Below are positions 1 through 9,466 of a DNA stretch of 36,568 nt, one piece after another; positions within the stretch are counted from its first letter, which is position 1, and every line of letters starts with the position of its first letter. The position numbers and the translations under genes were made by a program. The DNA lies in sequence record SRR20825006_2421; one strand, given 5' to 3'. A model generated the notes under the pieces. The model was not told the DNA's origin. It saw only the letters and a program-made list of their open reading frames with translations, and ran no database searches.

Positions 1-29
1 AGGAGGTTCGAATCCTCCCGTCCCGACCA
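1..29 (+). tRNA. 3' part of a tRNA, most likely tRNA-Pro (truncated by window edge)
   Basis: T-arm GGAGGTTCGAATCCTC, acceptor strand CGTCCCG, then A-CCA. The CCGACCA end is typical of tRNA-Pro. The anticodon is outside the window. Confidence 0.8.
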
Positions 30-39
30 ATCGAGATAC

Positions 40-73
40 AAAAAAGCCCGGCTGGAAACAGTCGGGCTTTTTT
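40..73. terminator. Bidirectional intrinsic terminator between the tRNA and rbgA
   Basis: AAAAAAGCCCGGCTG-GAAA-CAGTCGGGCTTTTTT: GC stem with an A-tract on one side and a T-tract on the other, between convergent genes. Confidence 0.85.
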
Positions 74-142
74 GTGCCTGGCGTTTGGGGGCGGATTATT
101 TTTCCAGAGGGGTATGCGGTGCGCCGCTTGAGACGCAGCCGA

Positions 143-1081
143 TCAGGGTTTCCCCTTCGCTTTATACGCCGCTTTGCGTGCCTTCTTCTTTGCCTCTTTT
201 TCTTCTTCTTTCTTGCGCCGAATCTCCGCAACCTTCACATGCTCCTGCTCAGCCATAGCCGGGGTTTCCAGGGTAATGGGGCCCAGTTTGGCGCTGCGGT
301 ATTCGTTAATTAACAGGGCGGCGGTGCGGTCGAAATCCACGTGGCCGCCTTTGCCGATGCAGCCGCGTTGCTTGCCGATGATTTCCAGGAAAGGTACGCC
401 TTCATCCGGGAGAGCCTCCAGTTTGAAGCGCTCTTTCATTAACTCCGGGTAGGCTTGCATAAAGTATTCGGCGGCGAACAGGGCCACGTCGTCTTCCTGC
501 ATGGCGGTGGCTTTGATGGCGCCGGAGAGGGCCAGGCGATAGCCGCTGTCCGGGTTCTCGATTTTGGGCCAGAGGATGCCAGGGGTATCGATGAGCACCA
601 GGCCGTTGCGCAGGTCGATACGCTGTTGGCGCTGGGTCACTGCCGGTTCATTCCCCGCTTTGGCAATGATGCGGCTGGCCAGATTGTTGATCAGGGTGGA
701 TTTGCCCACGTTGGGGATGCCGGTGATCAGGGCCGTGACGCTGGTGGCTCGGTCCGTGCGTTTGCCGGCCATTTTCAGGGCGGTATCCACCAGTTTGCGG
801 ATTTGTTCCGGCTTTTCGGTGGTGATGGCCAGGGCGCGTACGCTTGGGTCCTGTTCCAGATGGGCGAGCCATTGTTCGGTAACGGCCGGGTCGGCCAGAT
901 CGCTTTTGCTAAGCAACTTGAGACAGGGCTTGTCGGCCCGGAATTGCTCGATGACCGGGTTGGCGCTGCTGTAGGGCAGGCGGGCGTCTACCACTTCGAT
1001 GATCAGGTCCACCTTGGGAAGAATGTCGCGGATTTCGCGGATGGCCTTGTTCATATGGCCGGGGAACCAGTTGATGCTCAT
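143..1081 (-). CDS. rbgA: Ribosome biogenesis GTPase RbgA/YlqF
   Basis: N-terminal INWFPGHM; circularly permuted G motifs SKSD, GIPNVGKS and DTPG; start placed at MSINW (1081). Confidence 0.93.
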   Translation of the reverse strand: MSINWFPGHMNKAIREIRDILPKVDLIIEVVDARLPYSSANPVIEQFRADKPCLKLLSKSDLADPAVTEQWLAHLEQDPSVRALAITTEKPEQIRKLVDTALKMAGKRTDRATSVTALITGIPNVGKSTLINNLASRIIAKAGNEPAVTQRQQRIDLRNGLVLIDTPGILWPKIENPDSGYRLALSGAIKATAMQEDDVALFAAEYFMQAYPELMKERFKLEALPDEGVPFLEIIGKQRGCIGKGGHVDFDRTAALLINEYRSAKLGPITLETPAMAEQEHVKVAEIRRKKEEEKEAKKKARKAAYKAKGKP

Positions 1082-1207
1082 GGGCGCCGTATCGTGTTCA
1101 TTGAATGTGGAGGAAGTATAAACCAGGTGGGCGGGAGAGTGTTGAGGGTTGGCTGGGGGCATATTGGAAACAGATTTCCCGGGTTTTGACGGTTTTGGCC
1201 AGCCCGG

Positions 1208-1233
1208 TGACACGAATCGTCATTAGTGTCTCA
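1208..1233. promoter_or_regulatory. Putative TetR operator 1 (TGASAC-N14-GTCTCA)
   Basis: TGACAC-N14-GTCTCA upstream of the acyl-CoA dehydrogenase genes; a matching copy lies at 4523-4548. Confidence 0.6.
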
Positions 1234-1285
1234 TATGGCCTCCCGTACACTGACCTGATTGAGTCTATAAACAGTGGAGTGCGTC

Positions 1286-2488
1286 ATGGATCTGCAGGTG
1301 CCGGAACAGGAAGCATCATTTCGGGATGAGGTGAGAACGTTCCTGGAGGAAAACCTCACCGATGAAATTCGAGAGGCAGGCAAGATGGTGACATCGGTGT
1401 TTTCACCGGTGAAAGAGGCCATGGCCTGGCAGACGATCCTGAACGACAAGGGCTGGGCGGCACCGCATTGGCCAAAAGAGTTTGGAGGCACCGGCTGGAG
1501 TGTGACTCAGCGGGCCATTTTCGCCGAAGAGCTGGTGCGTGCGGAAACGCCGCCACTGGTGCCCATGGGGCTGCACATGTGCGGGCCCTGCCTGATTGGC
1601 TGCGGCACCGAAGAGCAGCAGAAGGAATACCTGCCAAAGATCCTCAGTGGTGAACATTTCTGGTGTCAGGGGTACTCCGAGCCCGGAGCCGGTTCCGATC
1701 TGGCATCACTGAAAACCTTTGCCGAGAAAGACGGTGATGACTACATCATCAATGGCACCAAGATCTGGACCACCTACGCCCAGCATGCCAACAAGATGTT
1801 TGCGTTGGTGCGCACCCGTAAAGACGGCAAACCGCAACAGGGCATCACGTTTCTGTTGCTGGATATGGATCTGCCGGGTATTTCCATTGAGCCCATCGTG
1901 GGGCTGGATGAAGTCCCGGAGCAGTGCCAGGTATTCTTCGACAATGTCCGCGTACCGCAGAAGAACCGGGTCGGTGAAGAAAACGATGGCTGGACTGTCG
2001 CTAAATATCTGCTGACGTTCGAGCGTGGAGGTCAGGAGTATGCTCCCAGCCTTCATGTGCAGCTGGAGAAGATCAAGATGATGGCCTCCAGACAACAGAC
2101 AGTGTTCGGTTCGTTGCAGGATGACCCGGTGTGGCAGTACAAGCTGGCTCAGCTCGAAGCGGATGTGCTGGCTCTGGAATTTACGGAAATGCGTATCAAG
2201 TCGGCGCTGTCAGCTGGCAAGGATCCTGGTGCACTGTCATCCATGACCAAGATACTGGGCACTGAATTGCTGCAGGCCATCACGGAGCTGCGCCTTGAAA
2301 CCCTGGGGGCGCAGGCGACGATTTGGCAACCCCAGGCGCTGGTGCCCGGTGACGAGCAGCCGATTATCGGGCCGGAATATGCGCTCACCGCCATGCCTCA
2401 TTATCTCAATTCTCGAGCCTGCTCCATTTACGGCGGCTCCAACGAAGTCCAGCGCGGCATCATCGCCAAAGCTGTACTGGGTTTGTAA
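1286..2488 (+). CDS. Acyl-CoA dehydrogenase, catalytic (alpha-type) subunit
   Basis: WCQGYSEPGAGSDLASL, NGTKIWTT, LTFERG and IYGGSNEVQR motifs; GGAG RBS before ATG 1286. Confidence 0.92.
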   Translation: MDLQVPEQEASFRDEVRTFLEENLTDEIREAGKMVTSVFSPVKEAMAWQTILNDKGWAAPHWPKEFGGTGWSVTQRAIFAEELVRAETPPLVPMGLHMCGPCLIGCGTEEQQKEYLPKILSGEHFWCQGYSEPGAGSDLASLKTFAEKDGDDYIINGTKIWTTYAQHANKMFALVRTRKDGKPQQGITFLLLDMDLPGISIEPIVGLDEVPEQCQVFFDNVRVPQKNRVGEENDGWTVAKYLLTFERGGQEYAPSLHVQLEKIKMMASRQQTVFGSLQDDPVWQYKLAQLEADVLALEFTEMRIKSALSAGKDPGALSSMTKILGTELLQAITELRLETLGAQATIWQPQALVPGDEQPIIGPEYALTAMPHYLNSRACSIYGGSNEVQRGIIAKAVLGL

Positions 2489-2512
2489 ACGTCCGCCAAT
2501 AAAGGAGAGATC

Positions 2513-3640
2513 GTGATGAACTTTCAATTGAGTGAAGAGCAGCAGATGTTGGCGGACAGTGCCAACCGTTTTGTCCGTGACAACAGTAATGTGGAAACCC
2601 ATCGGCAGAATAAAAAACTGATGCCCCTTAATGAAACGACTTGGCAGCAGCTTGCCGAGCTGGGCTGGCTGGCGGTGCCGTTTGAAGAGGAATACGGCGG
2701 CATGGGCATGGGGCCGTTGGAAACCATGGTGCTGTTGGAAGCCCTGGGCGAAGGTCTGATCATGTCGCCGTATATAGCCACTGTGGTGTTGGGCGGTGGC
2801 TTTCTGCGCCGGGCGGATGCCGGGACGCAAGCGAAAACGATTCCCGCCTTGATCGAAGGCCGCTTGCAGTTGGCGTTTGCCGTTGAAGAATACGAACGGG
2901 TTTTTAGCCTGGAAAATACGACGCTTCAGGGTGTACTGAAAGGCGAAGATGTGGTGCTGAATGGCACCAAGGCATCGGTCATGAATGGTGACCAGGCCGA
3001 CTTGTTGGTGGTGCTGGCTCGCACCGCTGGGCAGCCGGGTGATCAGCAGGGCTTGTCCCTGTTCTTGGTGGATGCCAATGCCGAAGGAATTGAGCGTGTA
3101 CCCCATCGCATGGTGGATGGTCGCCAGGGGGCGGAAATCCGCTTCGCTGACGTGAGCGTGTCTCAGGCTGAATGTATTGGTGAATTGAACAAGGGGTACG
3201 ACGTGGCCAAGGCGGTTCTGCAGGAAGGCTTGCTGGCCTTGTCGGCGGAGAGCGTAGGGAGCATGTCCGTATTGCTTGATGATACGGTGGAATACACCAA
3301 GACGCGCAAACAGTTCGGCGTGCCTATCAGCAAGTTTCAGGTGTTGCAGTTCCGTATGACGGATATGTTCATCGCCATGGAGCAGACCCGCTCCTTGTTG
3401 CTGGCGTCGACACTGAAATACGTGGAAGGTCACGCTGATTCAGATAAGGCCGTGCATGCCATGAAGGCCCAGTTGGGCCGTGCCGGTCGCAAGATCGCTC
3501 AGGAAGCGATCCAGATCCATGGCGGTATGGGCATGACCGATGAGCTGGGCGTGGGCCATTTCGTGAAGCGTTTGACCGCAGCGGATGGACTGTTTGGTAA
3601 CGCCGATGTGCATTTAAGGGAGATGGTAAAGCCTGCCTGA
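2513..3640 (+). CDS. Acyl-CoA dehydrogenase, partner (beta-type) subunit
   Basis: MNFQLSEEQQML, RKQFGVPISKFQVLQ and IQIHGGMGMT motifs; AAGGAG RBS; start at 2513 (GTG) or 2516 (ATG). Confidence 0.9.
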   Translation: MMNFQLSEEQQMLADSANRFVRDNSNVETHRQNKKLMPLNETTWQQLAELGWLAVPFEEEYGGMGMGPLETMVLLEALGEGLIMSPYIATVVLGGGFLRRADAGTQAKTIPALIEGRLQLAFAVEEYERVFSLENTTLQGVLKGEDVVLNGTKASVMNGDQADLLVVLARTAGQPGDQQGLSLFLVDANAEGIERVPHRMVDGRQGAEIRFADVSVSQAECIGELNKGYDVAKAVLQEGLLALSAESVGSMSVLLDDTVEYTKTRKQFGVPISKFQVLQFRMTDMFIAMEQTRSLLLASTLKYVEGHADSDKAVHAMKAQLGRAGRKIAQEAIQIHGGMGMTDELGVGHFVKRLTAADGLFGNADVHLREMVKPA

Positions 3641-3776
3641 GTCGATGCCGCGGCAGGGGCCTGGCCGCCCCCGCCGTGTGTGATGATTGCGGGCCGGGGA
3701 GCCATAAGGTATATACCCCTGACGAGGGTGTCGCTTAGGCTGCTCGTGTATCCGGTTTGAATCACAGGGGTTTGGA

Positions 3777-4403
3777 ATGTCGCGCAAACACATCGCATCG
3801 GAGGCGCTGCTCAAGAATATTCAGGTTCCCCAGGGTGACAAAACCTACGAGAAAATTCTCGATGCCGGGCTGGCGCTGTTCGTGGAGTTCGGCTTGCGGC
3901 GCACCACCATGGAGGATGTGGCGACCCGGGCGGGCATTGGTCGGGCGACGGCTTATCGCCGCTTTGCGGACAAGGACCAGTTGATTCAGGTGGTGATTTT
4001 GCGTGAATGCCAGCAGCAACTGGCGATGATAGAGAGCGACCTGGAGAAAGTGGACGATGGTCTTGAGCGCGTTCTCGAGTCTTTTGTACTGGCGGTAACC
4101 CGAGCCCATCGGCACCCGTTGCTGAAGCGGTTGCTGACCTCGGAACCGGAAACCCTTTTACCGTTACTGACGCAACGGCTGTGGCAAATGATGGGATTCT
4201 TCCGCATCTATCTGGCAGGGCTGTTGAAAGTGGAGCAAGACAACGGCGCCATACGGCAACAGCCCATGGAGCCCATGGCCGAGCTGATGTTGCGGCTTAT
4301 GCAATCCATGGTGCTGTCCCCTGATGGCATATTAAACCCGGCCGATGCGGCTAGCGTTCGTCAGGTAGCAGAAGACTACCTGCGCCCGCTTCTGGCACCT
4401 TGA
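3777..4403 (+). CDS. TetR/AcrR family transcriptional regulator
   Basis: N-terminal HTH ILDAGLALFVEFGLRRTTMEDVATRAGIGRATAYRRF. Confidence 0.92.
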   Translation: MSRKHIASEALLKNIQVPQGDKTYEKILDAGLALFVEFGLRRTTMEDVATRAGIGRATAYRRFADKDQLIQVVILRECQQQLAMIESDLEKVDDGLERVLESFVLAVTRAHRHPLLKRLLTSEPETLLPLLTQRLWQMMGFFRIYLAGLLKVEQDNGAIRQQPMEPMAELMLRLMQSMVLSPDGILNPADAASVRQVAEDYLRPLLAP

Positions 4404-4522
4404 TAACCTTCCTGACCCTCTTTTTAACCCCATTCTTCCTGACTCAAAGTAACGGGTAATTGATCCTTTTGTTCTAAACATAATGCGGAAAGCTGTATGC
4501 ATGGGTTGCTTTTCGGTCTGCG

Positions 4523-4548
4523 TGAGACGTATTTTTTTATTTGTCTCA
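4523..4548. promoter_or_regulatory. Putative TetR operator 2 (TGAGAC-N14-GTCTCA)
   Basis: Perfect 6-bp inverted repeat with 14-bp spacer, 21 bp before ATG 4570; aligns with the site at 1208. Confidence 0.6.
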
Positions 4549-4569
4549 TTGCCAGTGATCGAATGCTTC

Positions 4570-5460
4570 ATGACACAGACCGCCGAACAAACAGAACGAC
4601 GCCTGGACCTTCAACCTTTAGGGCCTGATTCCCTGACCTGGCAGGACTTTGGTTCCTGGCGTTTTCATTTGATGCTGCCACAGGCTTTTGTGCTGCAGGT
4701 GGCGCACCCGATTATTGATGCGGGTGTGGGGGAACACTCCGTCTATAAAACGGACCCCTGGGGCCGCGCCAAACGGTCCACGGAATTGTTGTGGCCCATC
4801 GTGTATGCGCGCCCCCAGCGTGCGATCGAGATGGGTGTGAAACTGTACGACCTGCATCGCTCCATCAAGGGCGTCGACAAGCACGGCAAAAAATACTTCG
4901 CACTGGACCCAGAGGCCTACAGCTGGGTGCACATCACCGGTTACGACGCCACTCTTCGCATGCATGAGCTTTACGGCACGTCGCCCACCACCCGGCAGCG
5001 CCACGCGATGTTTGCCGAATGGCGGCAACTGGGAAAACTGATGGGCATCCGTGACAAGGACCTGCCCGCCACGGAGAGCGAATACTGGGATTACTTCCAC
5101 GGCATGATCCGCGACAAGCTTGAGTGGGGAGCGGTGGTGCAGGATCTCATGCGCCCCGAGCATTATCTGGAAATTCCCAAGCCCCCAAACAGCAAGATAC
5201 CCGATACCGCCTGGCGCATGATCCTCGCCGTGATGGGGCGCTTTATGCGATTCAATTTGCGCGCAACGCTGCCCGATGCGTTCCGCGAAACCTTCCATAT
5301 TCCCTGGACGACTAATGACGAGCGCCTTTTCCGTCTGTGGTGTGGAACTTATCGCACCATGCATGCCCTGACACCGAAAAAGTGGCGATTGATTCCACTG
5401 GCCCGCAAAGCCTACACGGATGCGCAGCGCCACCCTGAAGCCTATAACAGCAATAACTGA
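4570..5460 (+). CDS. Oxygenase MpaB family (DUF2236) protein
   Basis: LGPDSLTW, LQVAHPIIDAGVGEHS, DPWGRAKRS, LHRSIKG and YFALDPEAYSWVH motifs typical of DUF2236/MpaB. Confidence 0.85.
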   Translation: MTQTAEQTERRLDLQPLGPDSLTWQDFGSWRFHLMLPQAFVLQVAHPIIDAGVGEHSVYKTDPWGRAKRSTELLWPIVYARPQRAIEMGVKLYDLHRSIKGVDKHGKKYFALDPEAYSWVHITGYDATLRMHELYGTSPTTRQRHAMFAEWRQLGKLMGIRDKDLPATESEYWDYFHGMIRDKLEWGAVVQDLMRPEHYLEIPKPPNSKIPDTAWRMILAVMGRFMRFNLRATLPDAFRETFHIPWTTNDERLFRLWCGTYRTMHALTPKKWRLIPLARKAYTDAQRHPEAYNSNN

Positions 5461-5462
5461 AG

Positions 5463-7142
5463 GTGCTTATTATGAAGTCGGATACTCGCCCCTGGTTGTC
5501 TACCTATGAATCGATGGGCTATGACTGGCACACCCTGCCAGAGCTGCCCGAGAAAACCCTGTCGGACTATGTGCGAGGGTATGCGGAGCAGTTTCCGGAT
5601 CGCGAAGCGCTGGTGTTTCTGGGGCATGCCATGAGCTACCGGCAACTGGATGAGATGGCCGATCGCATGGCGGCCCTGTTTGTTGCCCAGGGAGCGAAAG
5701 CCGGGGATGTGCTGGGCCTGCAGATGCCCAACACCCCGCAGTATGTGGTGGCCTTTATTGCCGCCGCCCGGCTGGGTATGGTCTCCACCAGTATTTCCCC
5801 GTTGATGAGCCCGCCGGAAATTATTCACCAGGCCAACGACGCCAAGGTAAAAATCCTGATGACACTGATGCCGTTCTGGCAGACCTCCATTCCACCGGTA
5901 TTGGGCAAGGTTGAAAGCCTGAGCACGGTGATTGTGTCCGGCCCCATGGACCTGGTCTCCGGTCAGGGGGAAAGCGTGGAGGAATCCCGGGACGGTGTGA
6001 ATGTCATGTCGCTACATGATCACCTGCCGTCCAGTGTGGATCTGGTCGACACGAAGGTAGCCATGGATGAAGTGCTGTATCTGCAGTACACCGGTGGCAC
6101 CACTGGTATGCCGAAAGGGGCCCGGCTCAGTTCGTTCAACCTGTTCATGAATAACCTGCAAGCCAACGTGTTCTATGGCTACCGCACCGGTGAAGAAACC
6201 GTCGCCTCGGCGTTTCCGCTGTTTCACATTGGCGGGGCGGCCGTGTTGTTCAATGCCCTGCGTACTGCGTCCACGTTCCTGCTGATCCCGGATCCCCGGG
6301 ACATTGATCATTTTGTTGGCGAAATGCAGAAGCGCACACCGACGGTGCTGGCTGCGGTGCCGGCGTTGTACCAAATGCTGTGCGCTAACGATACCTTTAA
6401 ATCACTGGATTTCAGCGGCTTGCGCATGGCCATTTCCGGTGCCGCACCGTTTGCCAAGGAAGAAGTACAGAAACTGGAAAGCGTGGTTGGTGCCGGCAAA
6501 TTTTGCGAAGTGTACGGCATGACGGAGACCAGCCCGGTGATCACGCTGAATCCGGCATCACACTTCAAGGAAGCCCACGTGGGGATTCCGCTGCCGGGCA
6601 CGGATGTGCGCATCGTGGATGCTGAAGACGGCAATATCCCGATGCCCCTGGGCGAAGCCGGAGAAATCATCGCAGCGGGTCCACAGATCATGCAGGGCTA
6701 TCTGGCCATGCCGGAAGCCTCTGAAAAAGCACTGCGGGTGATGGATGGTCAGACGTGGATGCACACCGGTGACATTGGCGTCATGGATGAAGATGGTTTT
6801 ATTCGCGTCTGTGACCGCAGCAAGGACATGTTGATCGTCGGCGGCTACAAGGTGTTTTCCGTGGAAGTGGAAAGCAAGGTGCAGAGTTTGCCATGGGTTG
6901 CCATGTGCGCAGTTGTCGGTCGCCCGGATCATGACCGGCCGGGTAACGATGTGGTGCAGCTGTATATTCAGCGCATGCCGGACAGTCAGGTTTCCGAGGC
7001 AGCCCTCAAGGCCGAGTTGTTGACGTTTTGCAAGGCCAGCATGTCGCCCTACAAGGTACCGAGAGAGGTGTTCTTCATTGATGCCATTCCTCTCACTTCC
7101 GTGGGCAAGATCGATAAAAAAACCTTGCGGAAAACCGCATAA
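5463..7142 (+). CDS. Long-chain acyl-CoA synthetase (AMP-binding, FadD-like)
   Basis: YTGGTTGMPKG, YGMTETSP, TGDIG, DRSKDMLIVGG and GKIDKK adenylation motifs; start at 5463 (GTG) or 5472 (ATG). Confidence 0.92.
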   Translation: MLIMKSDTRPWLSTYESMGYDWHTLPELPEKTLSDYVRGYAEQFPDREALVFLGHAMSYRQLDEMADRMAALFVAQGAKAGDVLGLQMPNTPQYVVAFIAAARLGMVSTSISPLMSPPEIIHQANDAKVKILMTLMPFWQTSIPPVLGKVESLSTVIVSGPMDLVSGQGESVEESRDGVNVMSLHDHLPSSVDLVDTKVAMDEVLYLQYTGGTTGMPKGARLSSFNLFMNNLQANVFYGYRTGEETVASAFPLFHIGGAAVLFNALRTASTFLLIPDPRDIDHFVGEMQKRTPTVLAAVPALYQMLCANDTFKSLDFSGLRMAISGAAPFAKEEVQKLESVVGAGKFCEVYGMTETSPVITLNPASHFKEAHVGIPLPGTDVRIVDAEDGNIPMPLGEAGEIIAAGPQIMQGYLAMPEASEKALRVMDGQTWMHTGDIGVMDEDGFIRVCDRSKDMLIVGGYKVFSVEVESKVQSLPWVAMCAVVGRPDHDRPGNDVVQLYIQRMPDSQVSEAALKAELLTFCKASMSPYKVPREVFFIDAIPLTSVGKIDKKTLRKTA

Positions 7143-7173
7143 AGCAGCCCGAATACCAACAACAATCAGGTGA

Positions 7174-8838
7174 ATGATGATGATCTCCTTGCTGCCTCAA
7201 AAGGGTAAAAAAATGCTGTTGGTCCTGCTGCTTGGCCTGCAGGGCTGCTCTTCCCTGCAAGAGTCGAGCTATGTGCCCACCTCTCCGGAAACACTGAATG
7301 AGTGGATGGTGGAAGGTCAGTTTGTGTTGCGTGCGGATGGCATAAAAAGCAAAAGCTATTTTTACTTCAAGCAGCTGGGAGAAAATTACCAGCTGGCCGT
7401 GTTGATGGATGATCCAGTGGGTGCCCCTAAGGCGGTGATCAGCGGCAATGTCTATGCGCCGCAAGAGGAAACGCTGGATGTGATCGGTGGGGCGAGCGCC
7501 AAGAAAGTGGCTGAGCACCTGCATGCCCAGCTCCAGGCGGGAGATCTGTCCTATTGGGTGCGGGGGCTGCCTGCCACCGCCAATGCGGTGATCTATCAGG
7601 AGAATCTATACCTGCCGGAGTCCATCGAAGAAAACGGCTGGAAGATTGCTTACCAGGATTACATGTCCGTGCAGGGTGGCTATCGCTTGCCTGCAGATAT
7701 GGAAATGAAATCTGAGGGCACGTCTCTGGATCTGGAACTGGTGCGAGCGGAAACCGGGTTTCTCACCAGCCCCTGTGATCAGGGCATAGCCGATGATCAG
7801 GAAACGGATAGCCCTGACGGTGCCTATGACTATGCCAGCGATGATGCGGTGAAGCGGTTAGTGCCGGAGGATGGCAGCGCGCCGTTGCCGCTGTGGATTG
7901 ATGAAGTGGCCTTCTGCAAACAGCTGGCCAAGATCCATAACAACAAAATGCCGAATCCCCGCGAGGGGCTTTTCGGCCCGGATTCCATGATGTGGAAACT
8001 GGATGGCTTGAGTGCACCACCGGCCTTTGGGGCCGGTCGTGCACTTTTGCTGCAGGTAGCGCACCCCTGGATAACAGCGGGCATTGATCAACACTCGGAA
8101 GTGCGTAATGACCCCATGGGGCGTGCCCGTCGTACTTTCTATCATATCTCCAGCATGGTGTTTGGCAGCATGCCCCAGGCGATGGCCTCGGCTAACCAGG
8201 TGCGAGACATCCATGAAGAAATCGAGGGTGAAATGACCGAAGAGGCCGGCGCCTTCCATCGGGGCTCCGAATACCGGGCCAACGAAATCAACGCCATGAT
8301 CTGGGTGCATGCAACACTGTGGGAAACCATCGTTCACATGTACGAAAAGCTGGAAGATGATCTGACCCCGGATGAGAAAAACCAGTTCTATGAAGAAACC
8401 AAACTGTTTGCCATGTTATTCGGGATTCCGGAAAGCGCCTTGCCTGCGGACTGGGATGCATTCATGGATTATAACCGTGCCATGTGGGCAAGCCCGCAGC
8501 TGACGGTGACTCCCAATGCCATGCAATTGAAGGAAGACCTGTTTGACGCCAAATCTATCTGGATGATCGCGCCACTCTGGGGGCAGAAAATCATCACCGC
8601 CGCCGAATTGCCACCGCGTATTCGGGATCAGTACGACATGAAGTATGGCTGGTGGCAGAAATTCAACTATGGCTGGATTCGTGGCGCCACCTGGACCGCC
8701 CAGGTGCTGATGCCGAAGAGTATGGAGCATCACCCGATTTATCATGAGGCACAGGCGCGCCTGGAAGGTGAACGGCTGGGCGGTTATAACCAGTGGTTGA
8801 TTGAAGCCTTCTTCGATAAGGAGCGGCTGGTCAATTGA
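7174..8838 (+). CDS. Lipoprotein fusion: N-terminal LolB-like domain plus C-terminal MpaB/DUF2236 oxygenase domain
   Basis: Signal peptide with lipobox LQGC; LolB-like LSYWVRGLP, GWKIAYQDY and LPADMEM; acidic linker; then GLFGPDSMMW, LLLQVAHP, DPMGRARRT, IHEEIEG and WVHATL. Confidence 0.8.
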   Translation: MMMISLLPQKGKKMLLVLLLGLQGCSSLQESSYVPTSPETLNEWMVEGQFVLRADGIKSKSYFYFKQLGENYQLAVLMDDPVGAPKAVISGNVYAPQEETLDVIGGASAKKVAEHLHAQLQAGDLSYWVRGLPATANAVIYQENLYLPESIEENGWKIAYQDYMSVQGGYRLPADMEMKSEGTSLDLELVRAETGFLTSPCDQGIADDQETDSPDGAYDYASDDAVKRLVPEDGSAPLPLWIDEVAFCKQLAKIHNNKMPNPREGLFGPDSMMWKLDGLSAPPAFGAGRALLLQVAHPWITAGIDQHSEVRNDPMGRARRTFYHISSMVFGSMPQAMASANQVRDIHEEIEGEMTEEAGAFHRGSEYRANEINAMIWVHATLWETIVHMYEKLEDDLTPDEKNQFYEETKLFAMLFGIPESALPADWDAFMDYNRAMWASPQLTVTPNAMQLKEDLFDAKSIWMIAPLWGQKIITAAELPPRIRDQYDMKYGWWQKFNYGWIRGATWTAQVLMPKSMEHHPIYHEAQARLEGERLGGYNQWLIEAFFDKERLVN

Positions 8839-9395
8839 AGAGGCGCGGCATCAATCTGGTGATGACGGCGCTGTGGCTGATCATGAGTGCGCAGGCATTG
8901 GCGATCAGCGGCTATGACGAAACCGAGTTTATGACGGTGGATGCGTTTTTGTCCCAAGTCTATGGCGAGCCATTGCCGGGGATGTCTCTGTTGCCGTTAC
9001 GTGGCAACTTGCGTGATCAGGTAGAGCGCGCACTGGGGCACCGGTATCGCGGCCTGCGATTGCGTTACTGGCAACAAGGGAATGTGACAACCTGGGTGAT
9101 CGACGAAAAAAGCAAAGACATGCCGATGACGCTGGCCGTGGCCGTGGGGCCTACCGGCATTACTCACTTGAACGTGCTGGTGTATCGCGAACCTCGGGGC
9201 GGAGAAGTGCACCAGGCGTTTTTTCGTCAGCAATTTATCGGGATCACCCTGCAGGATGACCTGAGCCTGTCTCGTGAGGTGGATGGCGTTACCGGCGCCA
9301 CCCTGTCGGTGGATGCCGTCAGCCGCGTGGCGGTCATGGCCCTGCTGCTCCATCAACACGTCATGGCCTCACAGGCAGAACCGGCCGCAGACTGA
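8835..9395 (+). CDS. Exported FMN-binding domain protein
   Basis: Signal peptide ending AQALA; YREPRGGEV; flavinylation motif VDGVTGATLS; TTGA overlap with the upstream stop (alternative start 8862). Confidence 0.82.
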   Translation: MKRRGINLVMTALWLIMSAQALAISGYDETEFMTVDAFLSQVYGEPLPGMSLLPLRGNLRDQVERALGHRYRGLRLRYWQQGNVTTWVIDEKSKDMPMTLAVAVGPTGITHLNVLVYREPRGGEVHQAFFRQQFIGITLQDDLSLSREVDGVTGATLSVDAVSRVAVMALLLHQHVMASQAEPAAD

Positions 9396-9466
9396 ATCCC
9401 GGGCTTTCCAAACCCGCCCTGACGTCTCACTATCGAACCATTGACGCTGCCGACCCTCTAACGTTT

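Noticed and set aside
2237-3433. 398-aa minus-strand ORF and the many other ORFs nested in recBCD, ydbH and cls
   Set aside because: They overlap well-supported genes and lack domains or RBS.
4408-4443. Direct repeat CTTCCTGAC x2 after tetR
   Set aside because: Only two 9-bp copies with no supporting context; may be chance.
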